A stretch of DNA of 64,000 bases from Bdellovibrio sp. (GTDB taxonomy: Bacteria > Bdellovibrionota > Bdellovibrionia > Bdellovibrionales > Bdellovibrionaceae). The stretch spans positions 256,001-320,000 of the forward strand of contig JAKFCY010000002.1 in NCBI GenBank assembly GCA_036676395.1, given 5' to 3'. Numbering within the stretch: position 1 is the first letter of the stretch; each line of letters starts with the position of its first letter. Of this stretch, positions 10,501 through 17,573 are shown in pieces. The notes under the pieces are model-generated. The model saw only the letters and a list, made by a program, of their open reading frames with translations, searched no databases and was not told where the DNA came from. The position numbers and the translations under genes are program-made.

Positions 10501-13178
10501 TAGATGGTCGCATTATAAAAACTATTGATCCCGAGGATAAAGAACTTCAAATGAAGTATGATCCGAATAGTGGTGATCTAATTCAAGCTATTGATGTTGA
10601 AAATGATATAAAAACTTCTTTTACATACAATGTGTTCGGTCAGCCTGTTTCTGCAACTGATGGTTTGGGTACGATTGCATATGCTGAATATGATCCAGTC
10701 AGCGGGTTTTTATCTAAAACTAAATCAAGCGTTCCAGGTGTTGAAACAGAATATTTTTATAATCCCAATGGAACACTTTCTTTAAAAATAAGAAAAAAAG
10801 ATAACGAGAGTTTCAATACATCTTATGTATATGATTCCCTAGGAAATCTTAAAGAAGTTACTGATGCCGATAATAAAAAAGTAACATATCTATACGATGA
10901 TGCCGGTAATGTCGTGAAATCAATTCGACAGATTAGTGGATCTGTATCATCAGAAGTGAATTATGAATACGATGAAATGAATCGTCTGAATAAAGTAACT
11001 TCATCTAAAGGCGAGATTACTACATATAATTACTATCCGTCAGGCAAATTACATAAAGTAACAGATCCAAAAAGCAAAATATCGACATATGTTTACAACA
11101 ACATGGGACAGCTGCTTAGCAAACAACGATCTTCTGGCGAAGTGCAAACATTTGCATATGATCCTCATGGACAGTGGATTCACGAAACTGATCCAAATGG
11201 AGTTGTAAAGAAATACAACTACAATGGGATCAATCGACTATCTAGAGTTGAGCTTCCAGACGATCTAATTACTTATACATATAATTTAAACGGGGAATTA
11301 AAAACAGCCGCTAATAAAAATTCCAAAGTTTCATATGATAGGGATTCAATGGGAAGGTTGGCTGGTGATTATTTTGAGGGACAAGGGACCTTTGAAAATT
11401 TAGAGCCGCTTGCTATTACTTATGAGTATGATAAAAATAGCAATAGAACGAAGACTACGTTAAATGGCATTCAATCATATAATTATGCTTATGACGGATT
11501 AAATCGTTTGACACAAATTTCAAATCCATATGGTGATGTTTTTACATATGAGTATGATTCTTTAAATAGAGTTACTCGTCTAGCGCGCCCAAATGGTGAA
11601 ACGAAATATTCATACAAAGCTAATCACTTAATATCTGAGATTCAGCATAAGCTTAATGGTTTAGTGAAGAGTCAGTATCAATATGATTACGATTTGCGAA
11701 ATTTTATTACTCAAAAAAGGGATCTCGCATCTACTCAATCTTATTCATATGATTTAAATGGTCAACTATCTGGCGTACAAGGGGCAGAATCAGAGGCGTT
11801 CACTTATGATTCAGTTGGTAACCGCATATCCGATCAGGATGGGACCTACTCATATGATGCCACAACTGATAGGCTCATAGAGGATTATAAATATAGTTAC
11901 ATCTACGATAACAACGGTAATTTAATTGCTAAGAATCCTAAGAATCAGTCTGAAAAAGCATATCGTTATGAATATTCATCAACCAATCAGTTAAAACAAG
12001 TCTCTAGGTTTTCTGGACCTTTTGGAGCGGTCGAACAACAAGTAAAATTTGAATACGATGTCTTCGGAAGAAGAATGAAAAAGGAAATTGTAGATTCGAC
12101 AACAACTTCAAAAAATAACTACGCTGTGTATCGGTATGACGGTGATAACGTTATTAGAGAACTGAAATATACTTCTCAACGTTCTTCACTTGATGTAGTT
12201 GCTAACTACACTTATTCGATGGGTACTGATGACGTGCTGGCAGTTAATATTCCGACAACAGGTGAAATAAATAAAAAAGCAAAACAAGCAGGTAATTATT
12301 ATTTCTTAAAAGACCATCTTGGCAGTATCGTAGCTGTTTCGGATGTTCAAGGAGAGATTAAACAGCAGTATTCGTATTCTAGCTATGGAAATATTGTACA
12401 AGTAAAAGATGGTGCTGGAGTGGACATTTTATCAGATCCATTCATTGATAATCAATTTACATATGCCGGACGTGAGTTTGATTCAGAACTAAATCTGTAT
12501 TACAATCGTGCAAGATATTACGATTCTGCAATTGGTCGTTTCCTACAACAAGATCCTTTTCCAGGTAAGATTGGCATACCAAACTCAGTTGTAAACTCAT
12601 ACATATATGGATTAAATAACCCAACAATGTTCAGAGATCCATCTGGAAAATTTCCAGCTTTACTTGTTGCATTTGCTGTTGGGGCAATACTGGGTGGTTT
12701 CATGGCCGCATACCAACCTGGTGCAACATTCGGATCAGTTGTTGCGGGTGCATTGACTGGAGGAGCGCTTGCCGCTGCGGGAACGGCAATTGTTACACTG
12801 GGCGCACTTGGTGGGGCGGGGATAGCTGCAAAATTAGGTGCGACTGCGGGCTCAGCTGGCATGTTTTTAGGTGGAGCAATTGGTGGTGGTCTCGCAAACG
12901 TAGCATGGGGAATGTTTTTAGGTGTTCCCAAGGAATTACTTGCGTTATATGCTATTCAGGGATTTATCGGTGGCGGGATGCTTGCGCAAAGTAATTTCGG
13001 AGGCGCCTTTACAGGTAACAGAGTGGAAAATGTAGCTGAAGGTGTATCGACTGCAAATCAAAGTGCTGTTGGTGTTGCTACAGAGACTACGAATCCGATG
13101 CAAACGATTGAACTTAAAGTTACAGAACAAATAGATAACTGGGTTCAACCAGATGTAAAAGTTAATGTTCTGCCATAA
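4536..13178 (+). CDS. Giant secreted teneurin-like Rhs/YD-repeat protein with Ig domains, NHL propeller and hydrophobic C-terminal putative toxin
   Basis: Sec signal peptide; Ig repeats (DxxxP...DxAGN); carboxypeptidase-regulatory-like domain (LSGIVKDSNNVPLPGVTV); NHL repeats (LNNPRSM..IIFADYGNNRVRRV); YD repeats; Rhs core RARYYDSAIGRFLQQDP...NNPTMFRDPSG. Confidence 0.9.
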   Translation: MRTPSLFIISILFLVSPFVSASSFQGKAPESGIIISINPEKIPSKSGESILINGTIKYVKKSQSKPKDDVSNGSDKKNGLLEEFKAQGIDIVGAFPSSAVDISSELTLESSSDNEIRFSYQSKNIIADDLNQFSLKVYNNHTNKSALKKLSIIQGKIEKRIQLLTKLKNKFESGKAKKEAIAVIEKEIAKLTAISSKIANKLNTNGNLMAENTYAIQVDNLTANFSKISTVMNDFRFVIDSNIGSVIQGMSVNFKAKIVSLSHANENSDSTEGGDGYLAEFYFNDQKVSSQKVIEPRKNLNIVFDYATASLQSADQNVFSIALYHLDDAGQKGRKIGSLNYKIPVITDSVKPTWLSGAVPNHQDRYVQLLRTINLKTQDSFGRIDPQSFKLLVNRQGAITNLSHLISTTKFDDGSRYEFTGDINPLEEGEYSLSAKVSDFAGNAADTYNVMIHIDRTVPVVNTTLVNNTLTNQTSIEVPITVNDLSPTATDIYVNNELTMTSGLKVFSASATLTIEGNNIVRIESRDAAGNVALVREIVVVRDTTPPVLSNILPITNSTIDTIQFPVSANSNEKLGFVKINDMAVALTGEKVSFSATYAAKSEGNLLLNITYADEAGNEGSDSYTVNIKSKLLNIDLVNIGTYEDTKLLVTGLEYATRPGSRVEISTGFFGFNSAEMESNEHNGSFALTMNYFESAILKVTDLSTGETAQGTLSFDTTKTKLSGIVKDSNNVPLPGVTVRITGSVSTYVTDGAGMFSINNAPSGDQSLLVDGSTVSTAVAGPNNKFFATKVSINVGLGQNNVLDNPIYLTPLYLDGTQTVVQAGVATTVSSVHAPGVELRVPANIAVFPNGSNIGAINVVKLNADFATIPVPDFAVPNFVYAFEPSGLTFKQRVELKLPNENELPPGMELLIYSMNSAKGKWEVDGAAKVSEDGLSVVSKPGLGISHFSPLYAVPLAPLMYEVKNPKLAGVDASEGSLTKSITLPSYKSLGIDITPSLTYKSAWAAPSTIVSNILGLPETKVEMNGSFIDSVFQAKTVNRLYCTYDESNVQTCTTIVRNYLDRIDSSFVGNVKSFYEPEEIKSQYFVGGIGNSLANVNFTNSVSTPVLGDSKFADSNIVSKVGTYPTKQERRPLKSQVGYFIELKNPENDEYLETGIYPSFARYQITFKNIRILTGTQVVTAYRNGKRIGAIRRTYDNRVETQVLDQAMPKDVLGSLLVQSKVKSSYGRGWDLNGVQQIVNPEGSRILIENEDNSLATYVLNNTIENVFNANGTEFDLTTAVDLSHWPNALLQKTSGSTNSVIKYNLSTGSWSSVGLIDRYNGTIGSEGLDQCQAQYTGPTCSGRYGQCGASYNELKQLSYMPVAYKYGVKPNLSGVIQGQDGNYYGLDSKSHMLFKLQQGTISKMAGNRSSVYDFVKSNTGLWRLEMNQNQMSQLCQNIFGKDCPFQRYETEWKWKCADMSGSTFSPAIFRNGKSVYYRGNYRFCPTFNQMVESGDYYVNNIEGIQAVYDIESSCVSRGGQNGYHPNLIAPLANFTGDVGISGFADGNIANPDVIGLNNPRSMLTDFAGNIIFADYGNNRVRRVNLAGNTIQTIAGNGATSDSGDGGSATSASIYHPTGLAIDGLGQIYIATENGYIRKIDVNGNISTVAGRPFAHGGLLASEGIATEMVLNNPSGLVVDSDNSLLYIADTGNNRILRVDLVTNAAITVAGTGNCDLSGLGNNTPALSASLCAPSNIGLDTNKNLIVVDSGHKMIRRVVLHSGADQLTYLPSNKDLSKLVKSSDGTWTRHYRNGSKAYFNASGAQTSIADRAGRTISFNYDADGLLVQIKNNVTNQTTILDYNSNNQLKSFRDPALRTTKFSYSGEMLERVEFPDTSSRSYAYDLKGLMLSEFDQLSAETKFEFNKFNRVSKVIFPNLTETNVTDQESASLLAADLGDLKSFGSSQDNVKSQVIDLRGVKTEFVKGFDGLVTEVSDSNGVVSKIYHDLDGRIIKTIDPEDKELQMKYDPNSGDLIQAIDVENDIKTSFTYNVFGQPVSATDGLGTIAYAEYDPVSGFLSKTKSSVPGVETEYFYNPNGTLSLKIRKKDNESFNTSYVYDSLGNLKEVTDADNKKVTYLYDDAGNVVKSIRQISGSVSSEVNYEYDEMNRLNKVTSSKGEITTYNYYPSGKLHKVTDPKSKISTYVYNNMGQLLSKQRSSGEVQTFAYDPHGQWIHETDPNGVVKKYNYNGINRLSRVELPDDLITYTYNLNGELKTAANKNSKVSYDRDSMGRLAGDYFEGQGTFENLEPLAITYEYDKNSNRTKTTLNGIQSYNYAYDGLNRLTQISNPYGDVFTYEYDSLNRVTRLARPNGETKYSYKANHLISEIQHKLNGLVKSQYQYDYDLRNFITQKRDLASTQSYSYDLNGQLSGVQGAESEAFTYDSVGNRISDQDGTYSYDATTDRLIEDYKYSYIYDNNGNLIAKNPKNQSEKAYRYEYSSTNQLKQVSRFSGPFGAVEQQVKFEYDVFGRRMKKEIVDSTTTSKNNYAVYRYDGDNVIRELKYTSQRSSLDVVANYTYSMGTDDVLAVNIPTTGEINKKAKQAGNYYFLKDHLGSIVAVSDVQGEIKQQYSYSSYGNIVQVKDGAGVDILSDPFIDNQFTYAGREFDSELNLYYNRARYYDSAIGRFLQQDPFPGKIGIPNSVVNSYIYGLNNPTMFRDPSGKFPALLVAFAVGAILGGFMAAYQPGATFGSVVAGALTGGALAAAGTAIVTLGALGGAGIAAKLGATAGSAGMFLGGAIGGGLANVAWGMFLGVPKELLALYAIQGFIGGGMLAQSNFGGAFTGNRVENVAEGVSTANQSAVGVATETTNPMQTIELKVTEQIDNWVQPDVKVNVLP

Positions 13179-13186
13179 GGAGCTGA

Positions 13187-13795
13187 ATGCTAGAAATCTC
13201 CCCTGAAATTTATGCTCCTTCATATCCAGATTTTTTATGGCGGCGGCTATTTTCTGGCGCCGCCTTTACTTTTACCTCAGCCATGAAATATTACTTAATT
13301 TGTGTTGGCGCATTTTTTTTTCTTTTAACGATAAGTCCTTATGAGGTCGCAGCTAAGGGCATTGCTGAAAGAGTAATATTTTCTTTAATTGGTACTTTTG
13401 TGTTCTTATCTATATTGATTGTAGCAATTGCGATTCCTTTTTATTTTTTGATTTGGAAGAAAAAATGGCTTTATGGTTCGGACGAAGTAATCATAGTTTC
13501 CAAATCATCAAGTTCAACTCTTTCATATCAGAAACTTCAGAAAATAGTTTTAGATACTCCACGTTCTGCGACATTAGTTTTTGGAGATCCTAATTCAACA
13601 TTTGTGGTAAATACTTTTTGGTATGGTAATGGCGAAAAAGATTGGCTAGAGTTTATCAAATTTATTACGGCAAAACTTCCTTCTGTTGAAGAAAAGATTA
13701 GGGTACAGACTGGAAATGGTTTTCCTCCAGAAGAAATTCAGCTTCCTCCTTTAGAAGCTTACAGGACGATTGTAAGTCGGCTTAAACCTGTCTAA
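13187..13795 (+). CDS. Membrane protein, candidate immunity protein
   Basis: SD AAGGAG; starts 8 nt after the Rhs stop; two hydrophobic helices followed by a soluble domain. Confidence 0.55.
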   Translation: MLEISPEIYAPSYPDFLWRRLFSGAAFTFTSAMKYYLICVGAFFFLLTISPYEVAAKGIAERVIFSLIGTFVFLSILIVAIAIPFYFLIWKKKWLYGSDEVIIVSKSSSSTLSYQKLQKIVLDTPRSATLVFGDPNSTFVVNTFWYGNGEKDWLEFIKFITAKLPSVEEKIRVQTGNGFPPEEIQLPPLEAYRTIVSRLKPV

Positions 13796-13916
13796 CCCCT
13801 ATACACCCCTGAAAAATCGTCATATTCGTGCTTAACACGTCGCCATTCTCTAGAGATTCTGCTCAAATTGTGGTTTATTGGTCAGGTTTAGAAAAACATA
13901 AGGTTAGGGGAGTCTC

Positions 13917-14906
13917 ATGCAACAGCAGGATAAAAACGCCGACAATAAAGCTCAAGCGACGTTACGTAAAGTTCCAACATTAAGCCTTGGTAGCTACACT
14001 CGTGGCTCTGAAGCTGACAAAGTTAAGTTCATCGAACAACTTTTTACTGGAATCAAAGATTACGGCTTTATCGTATTAAAAGACCATGATGTTGATCCTG
14101 CTCTTCTTAAACAAGCTTACGAAGTTTTAGAAAAATTCTATGCATTACCTGATGCAACTAAGCGTTCTTACATTTCTGAAAAAGGTGGCGGTCAACGCGG
14201 CTACACAGCTTTCGGAACAGAGCATGCTAAAGGCGCTGAAGTAAAAGATTTAAAAGAATTCTGGCATGTCGGTCGTGAAGTTCCAGACGATCACCAGTTT
14301 TCTAAATACTATCCAAAAAATATTTGGCCAGATGATAATGTTGGTGAATTTCGTCCAGTGTTCGAGAAATTATTTTCTCAGTTAGAAACTGCCGGCATTC
14401 AAATGATGGAAGCTTTAACTTATCCATTAGAAGTTGAAAAAACTTATTTCAAAAATATGGTGCAAGAAGGTAATTCGATCTTACGTTTACTTCATTACCC
14501 ACCGATTCCTGAAGGCACTGATCCTCGTTGTATCCGAGCTGCAGCTCACGAAGATATTAATTTTATCACGATCTTACCTGCGGCCACGCAATCAGGTCTG
14601 CAATTAAAAGATCGCGATGGCACTTGGTTAGATATCGAATCTGATTTCGGTACGTTAATCGTTGATGCTGGTGACATGTTAGCGCGTATTACGAATGAAG
14701 TGATTCCTTCGACTACACACCGTGTGATTAACCCGCAAGATGGTACGAATAAATCGCGCTACTCAATGCCGTTCTTCATGCATCCACATCCTGAAAGCTT
14801 ATTATCTTGTTTGCCTTCATGCCGCGGTACTGGGGCTAAATACCCAGACATCACAGGTCACGAGTTCTTAATGCAAAGACTTCGTGAAATCGGCTTAATC
14901 AAATAG
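13917..14906 (+). CDS. 2-oxoglutarate/Fe(II) oxygenase, isopenicillin N synthase family
   Basis: LRLLHYPP, HEDINFIT (HxD), STTHRV, RYSMPFF. Confidence 0.9.
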   Translation: MQQQDKNADNKAQATLRKVPTLSLGSYTRGSEADKVKFIEQLFTGIKDYGFIVLKDHDVDPALLKQAYEVLEKFYALPDATKRSYISEKGGGQRGYTAFGTEHAKGAEVKDLKEFWHVGREVPDDHQFSKYYPKNIWPDDNVGEFRPVFEKLFSQLETAGIQMMEALTYPLEVEKTYFKNMVQEGNSILRLLHYPPIPEGTDPRCIRAAAHEDINFITILPAATQSGLQLKDRDGTWLDIESDFGTLIVDAGDMLARITNEVIPSTTHRVINPQDGTNKSRYSMPFFMHPHPESLLSCLPSCRGTGAKYPDITGHEFLMQRLREIGLIK

Positions 14907-14934
14907 TTTTAATTGTTACTCAAGCAAAAAAAAT

Positions 14935-14967
14935 AACGCAGGGTCTAGTAAGGCTTCTGCGTTTTTT
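14935..14967 (+). terminator. Intrinsic terminator
   Basis: AACGCAGGGTCT-AGTA-AGGCTTCTGCGTT followed by a T run. Confidence 0.7.
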
Positions 14968-15000
14968 GCTTTTGGCCACCAGTAATGGTTTGATTAAGGC

Positions 15001-15663
15001 ATGAAGACATTTCTTTTAATTTTATTATCATTAATATCAATTACTCAAAACTCTGTAGCTGCTGACGAGCCAGCTTACTGTGATCCAGAAACTTTTTTTC
15101 AAAAAGAAATTGAGACACAAGCTGGAATTTGGCGCCATCACACCTTTAGATTTGGCGATGTGATTTTATTAGGCGGAGCCATTGGCTATAGTAATCCATT
15201 AAAGGTCACAGGCTTTGCCGAAGAAAATTCGACAGCAACATCAGCAGAGAAGTACTGCACTTGGTATTACAACGACGGAAATGATTTTGCTTCTACGTTG
15301 TTTAATCATCATTACGTTACTAATCCGCAAAAAGTGACAGAAGTCACTGGCCCGCAAGAATATCGCGAAGTTTTAAAAGATCAGTTTGCAAAAGCTAACA
15401 TGAGTTTTTTATCGTGTTTAGAAAATCATAAATATCTGGCGATGGGCTGCAATGGCCAAATGCACCGCGGACCTACAGTTTTTGGAATGTTGTTAAGCTT
15501 TTCAGGCTGTAGCTCGAAAAATTCTTTAGCTATCGTGAATAAGTTGTGGGGTAAGAACGGCGTTAAGCCAGAAGTTCGCCAAGCCATTATCGAAGAAGGT
15601 TACAAGCTAGGAAACGACGACCCACAGGCTCGTCTAAGAATGCAAAAAGTTCTGGGCTATTAG
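15001..15663 (+). CDS. Secreted protein with CX5R (PTP/DSP-like) motif, paralogue 1
   Basis: Signal peptide; MGCNGQMHRGPT; colinear with the next ORF over its whole length. Confidence 0.6.
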   Translation: MKTFLLILLSLISITQNSVAADEPAYCDPETFFQKEIETQAGIWRHHTFRFGDVILLGGAIGYSNPLKVTGFAEENSTATSAEKYCTWYYNDGNDFASTLFNHHYVTNPQKVTEVTGPQEYREVLKDQFAKANMSFLSCLENHKYLAMGCNGQMHRGPTVFGMLLSFSGCSSKNSLAIVNKLWGKNGVKPEVRQAIIEEGYKLGNDDPQARLRMQKVLGY

Positions 15664-15759
15664 TTCAAAGGCTAGTTTTCTAGCCTAAGGTCTGCTGAAT
15701 TTACGCGACTTTCATACCGATAGGATAGGGATTCAATAACCCTAACCATCGGATGTGTG

Positions 15760-16419
15760 ATGAAAGCATTTCTATTAATTTTATTATCTGTAGTTACTTT
15801 AGCCCAGGTCGTCGCTGCTTCAGAGCCGGCTTATTGTGAACCTGAAAACTTTTTTAAGAAAGAATTTGATCCACACGAAAATATTTGGCGCGATCATGCG
15901 TTTAAGTTCGGTGATGTTGTTTTATTAGGTGGAGCGATCGGCTACAGTAACTCGCGCAAAGTGGCTGAATTTGCAGAAGAAAATTCAACAGCTTCGGCAG
16001 CCGAAAAATACTGTACTTGGTACTACAACGAAGGCAATGACAATGCGGCGGGGTTATTTAACCATCATTTCGTTTCGAATCCTAAAAAAGTCACGACGGT
16101 TACAGGCCCTAAAGAGTATCGCGCAGTTTTAAAAGATCAGTTTGCAAAATCAAAGAACAGTTTTTTATCGTGTTTAGAAAAACATAAAATTCTAGTGATG
16201 GGCTGCAATGGCCAAATGCACCGCGGCCCAACCGTGTTCGGAATGTTATTGGGTTTTTCGGGCTGTAGCTCAAAAAATGCGTTAACGATCGTGAATAAGC
16301 TTTGGGGTAAAAATGGTGTTAAACCAGAAGTTCGCCAGGCGATTATCGAAGAAGGCTACAAGTTAGGAAACGAAGATCCAAAGGCCCGCCTAAGAATGCA
16401 AAAGGCTTTAGGTTACTAA
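15760..16419 (+). CDS. Secreted protein with CX5R (PTP/DSP-like) motif, paralogue 2
   Basis: Signal peptide; identical MGCNGQMHRGPTVFGMLL core; tandem duplicate. Confidence 0.6.
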   Translation: MKAFLLILLSVVTLAQVVAASEPAYCEPENFFKKEFDPHENIWRDHAFKFGDVVLLGGAIGYSNSRKVAEFAEENSTASAAEKYCTWYYNEGNDNAAGLFNHHFVSNPKKVTTVTGPKEYRAVLKDQFAKSKNSFLSCLEKHKILVMGCNGQMHRGPTVFGMLLGFSGCSSKNALTIVNKLWGKNGVKPEVRQAIIEEGYKLGNEDPKARLRMQKALGY

Positions 16420-16472
16420 GAGCAGGTAGTCTAGGGTTGTTCGTAAAGTAAAATAAGAGTAATCTTACTTGC

Positions 16473-17249
16473 ATGAGAAAAGATCTATTATTAGGAATTG
16501 GAGCCACGTTATTAGCGATGGCTCTTTTTTATTTCGCGGATAATCCAACTGCAAAATTAAATATCGGAAAAAATAAAATTGATTCTGATTCTGATTATGG
16601 CGTGCCGGCCAATAAAAAAATATTAAATGACGAAGTCGTGCAAGCGCAGGAGATTATAGCTGCACGTTCGGCAGTTTCTGCACCTTCGGAGGCTTTAAAA
16701 GCCGGTACGGCTCGTGATATCATTTCAAAAAATTTCGTAGAGCATTTAAAAACTATCGGCACCTGTTTAAAAATTAATCCTGCGATTGATAACCCAACAA
16801 TCGAACCCACATACGATAACCTATTGATTAGCCTTCGCCCGGCCATTGGTGAGCTTGTGGTGCAAATGGATGATTGGACGCAGATGGATCTACAAAGTCC
16901 CGATGGCAGCCGTAAGCGCATTCGTACAGAGGTAAATTACGAAAATCCGAATGCTCCGGTTAAGTACGTGCAGCTTTATCATATCAACGATCAGGGCTTT
17001 CCTGAAATGCAGCCAGTTGACGCTGAAAAAGCGCGTAACCCATCAGATGATTATATTAATTATTTACGTGGTGGTGCTGATTTAATGTTAAATGAACGCG
17101 GAAGCCGCGTGTATTTTCAAGAGGGCGAAGAGATCGTACTTGTTGAAAGATCTGGTGTGATCGAATCTTTTTCATTAAGCAAAAACGGAAAAACAGTCAG
17201 TTGCACTGGCTTAGACGCCATCAATTCAAACTGTCAGTGTGTTCAGTAG
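16473..17249 (+). CDS. Hypothetical membrane-anchored periplasmic protein
   Basis: N-terminal TM helix; C-terminal C..CQC; 258-aa open frame. Confidence 0.65.
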   Translation: MRKDLLLGIGATLLAMALFYFADNPTAKLNIGKNKIDSDSDYGVPANKKILNDEVVQAQEIIAARSAVSAPSEALKAGTARDIISKNFVEHLKTIGTCLKINPAIDNPTIEPTYDNLLISLRPAIGELVVQMDDWTQMDLQSPDGSRKRIRTEVNYENPNAPVKYVQLYHINDQGFPEMQPVDAEKARNPSDDYINYLRGGADLMLNERGSRVYFQEGEEIVLVERSGVIESFSLSKNGKTVSCTGLDAINSNCQCVQ

Positions 17250-17280
17250 CGTGTTTGCAACACAACAATAACGTGATCGC

Positions 17281-17352
17281 TTAAGCGATCACGATGTGAG
17301 TTACGATAAGAGCAGCAAGTACAACCATTAATGACATATTTAAGTTATTCAT
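17281..17352 (-). CDS. Small hydrophobic peptide (23 aa, MNNLNMSLMVVLAALIVTHIVIA)
   Basis: Strong SD (AGAAAGGGG) upstream of the ATG at 17352; single TM-like stretch. Confidence 0.55.
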   Translation of the reverse strand: MNNLNMSLMVVLAALIVTHIVIA

Positions 17353-17573
17353 AGGATTATTCCCCTTTCTTGGATCTATACATAGAACTATTTTTACGAC
17401 ATTTCCACTGTCATAATCCTGACAGGCATTAACTTCATGAAGTGACAAATATCGAAAATTAGATGTCATCTGATTAGACGATTGGCTTTCTATGCCCGTT
17501 AAAATTAAGCTCACTCTGGCCAGTAAACTGCTTTAATCCTTGCGGAACCTTAAAAGGGCTGAAGGACGTATTT

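Noticed and set aside
4068..13795. GTCTAA at both ends of the Rhs cassette as a target-site duplication
   Set aside because: Only 6 bp, each including a stop codon; no integrase or transposase nearby; chance is likely.
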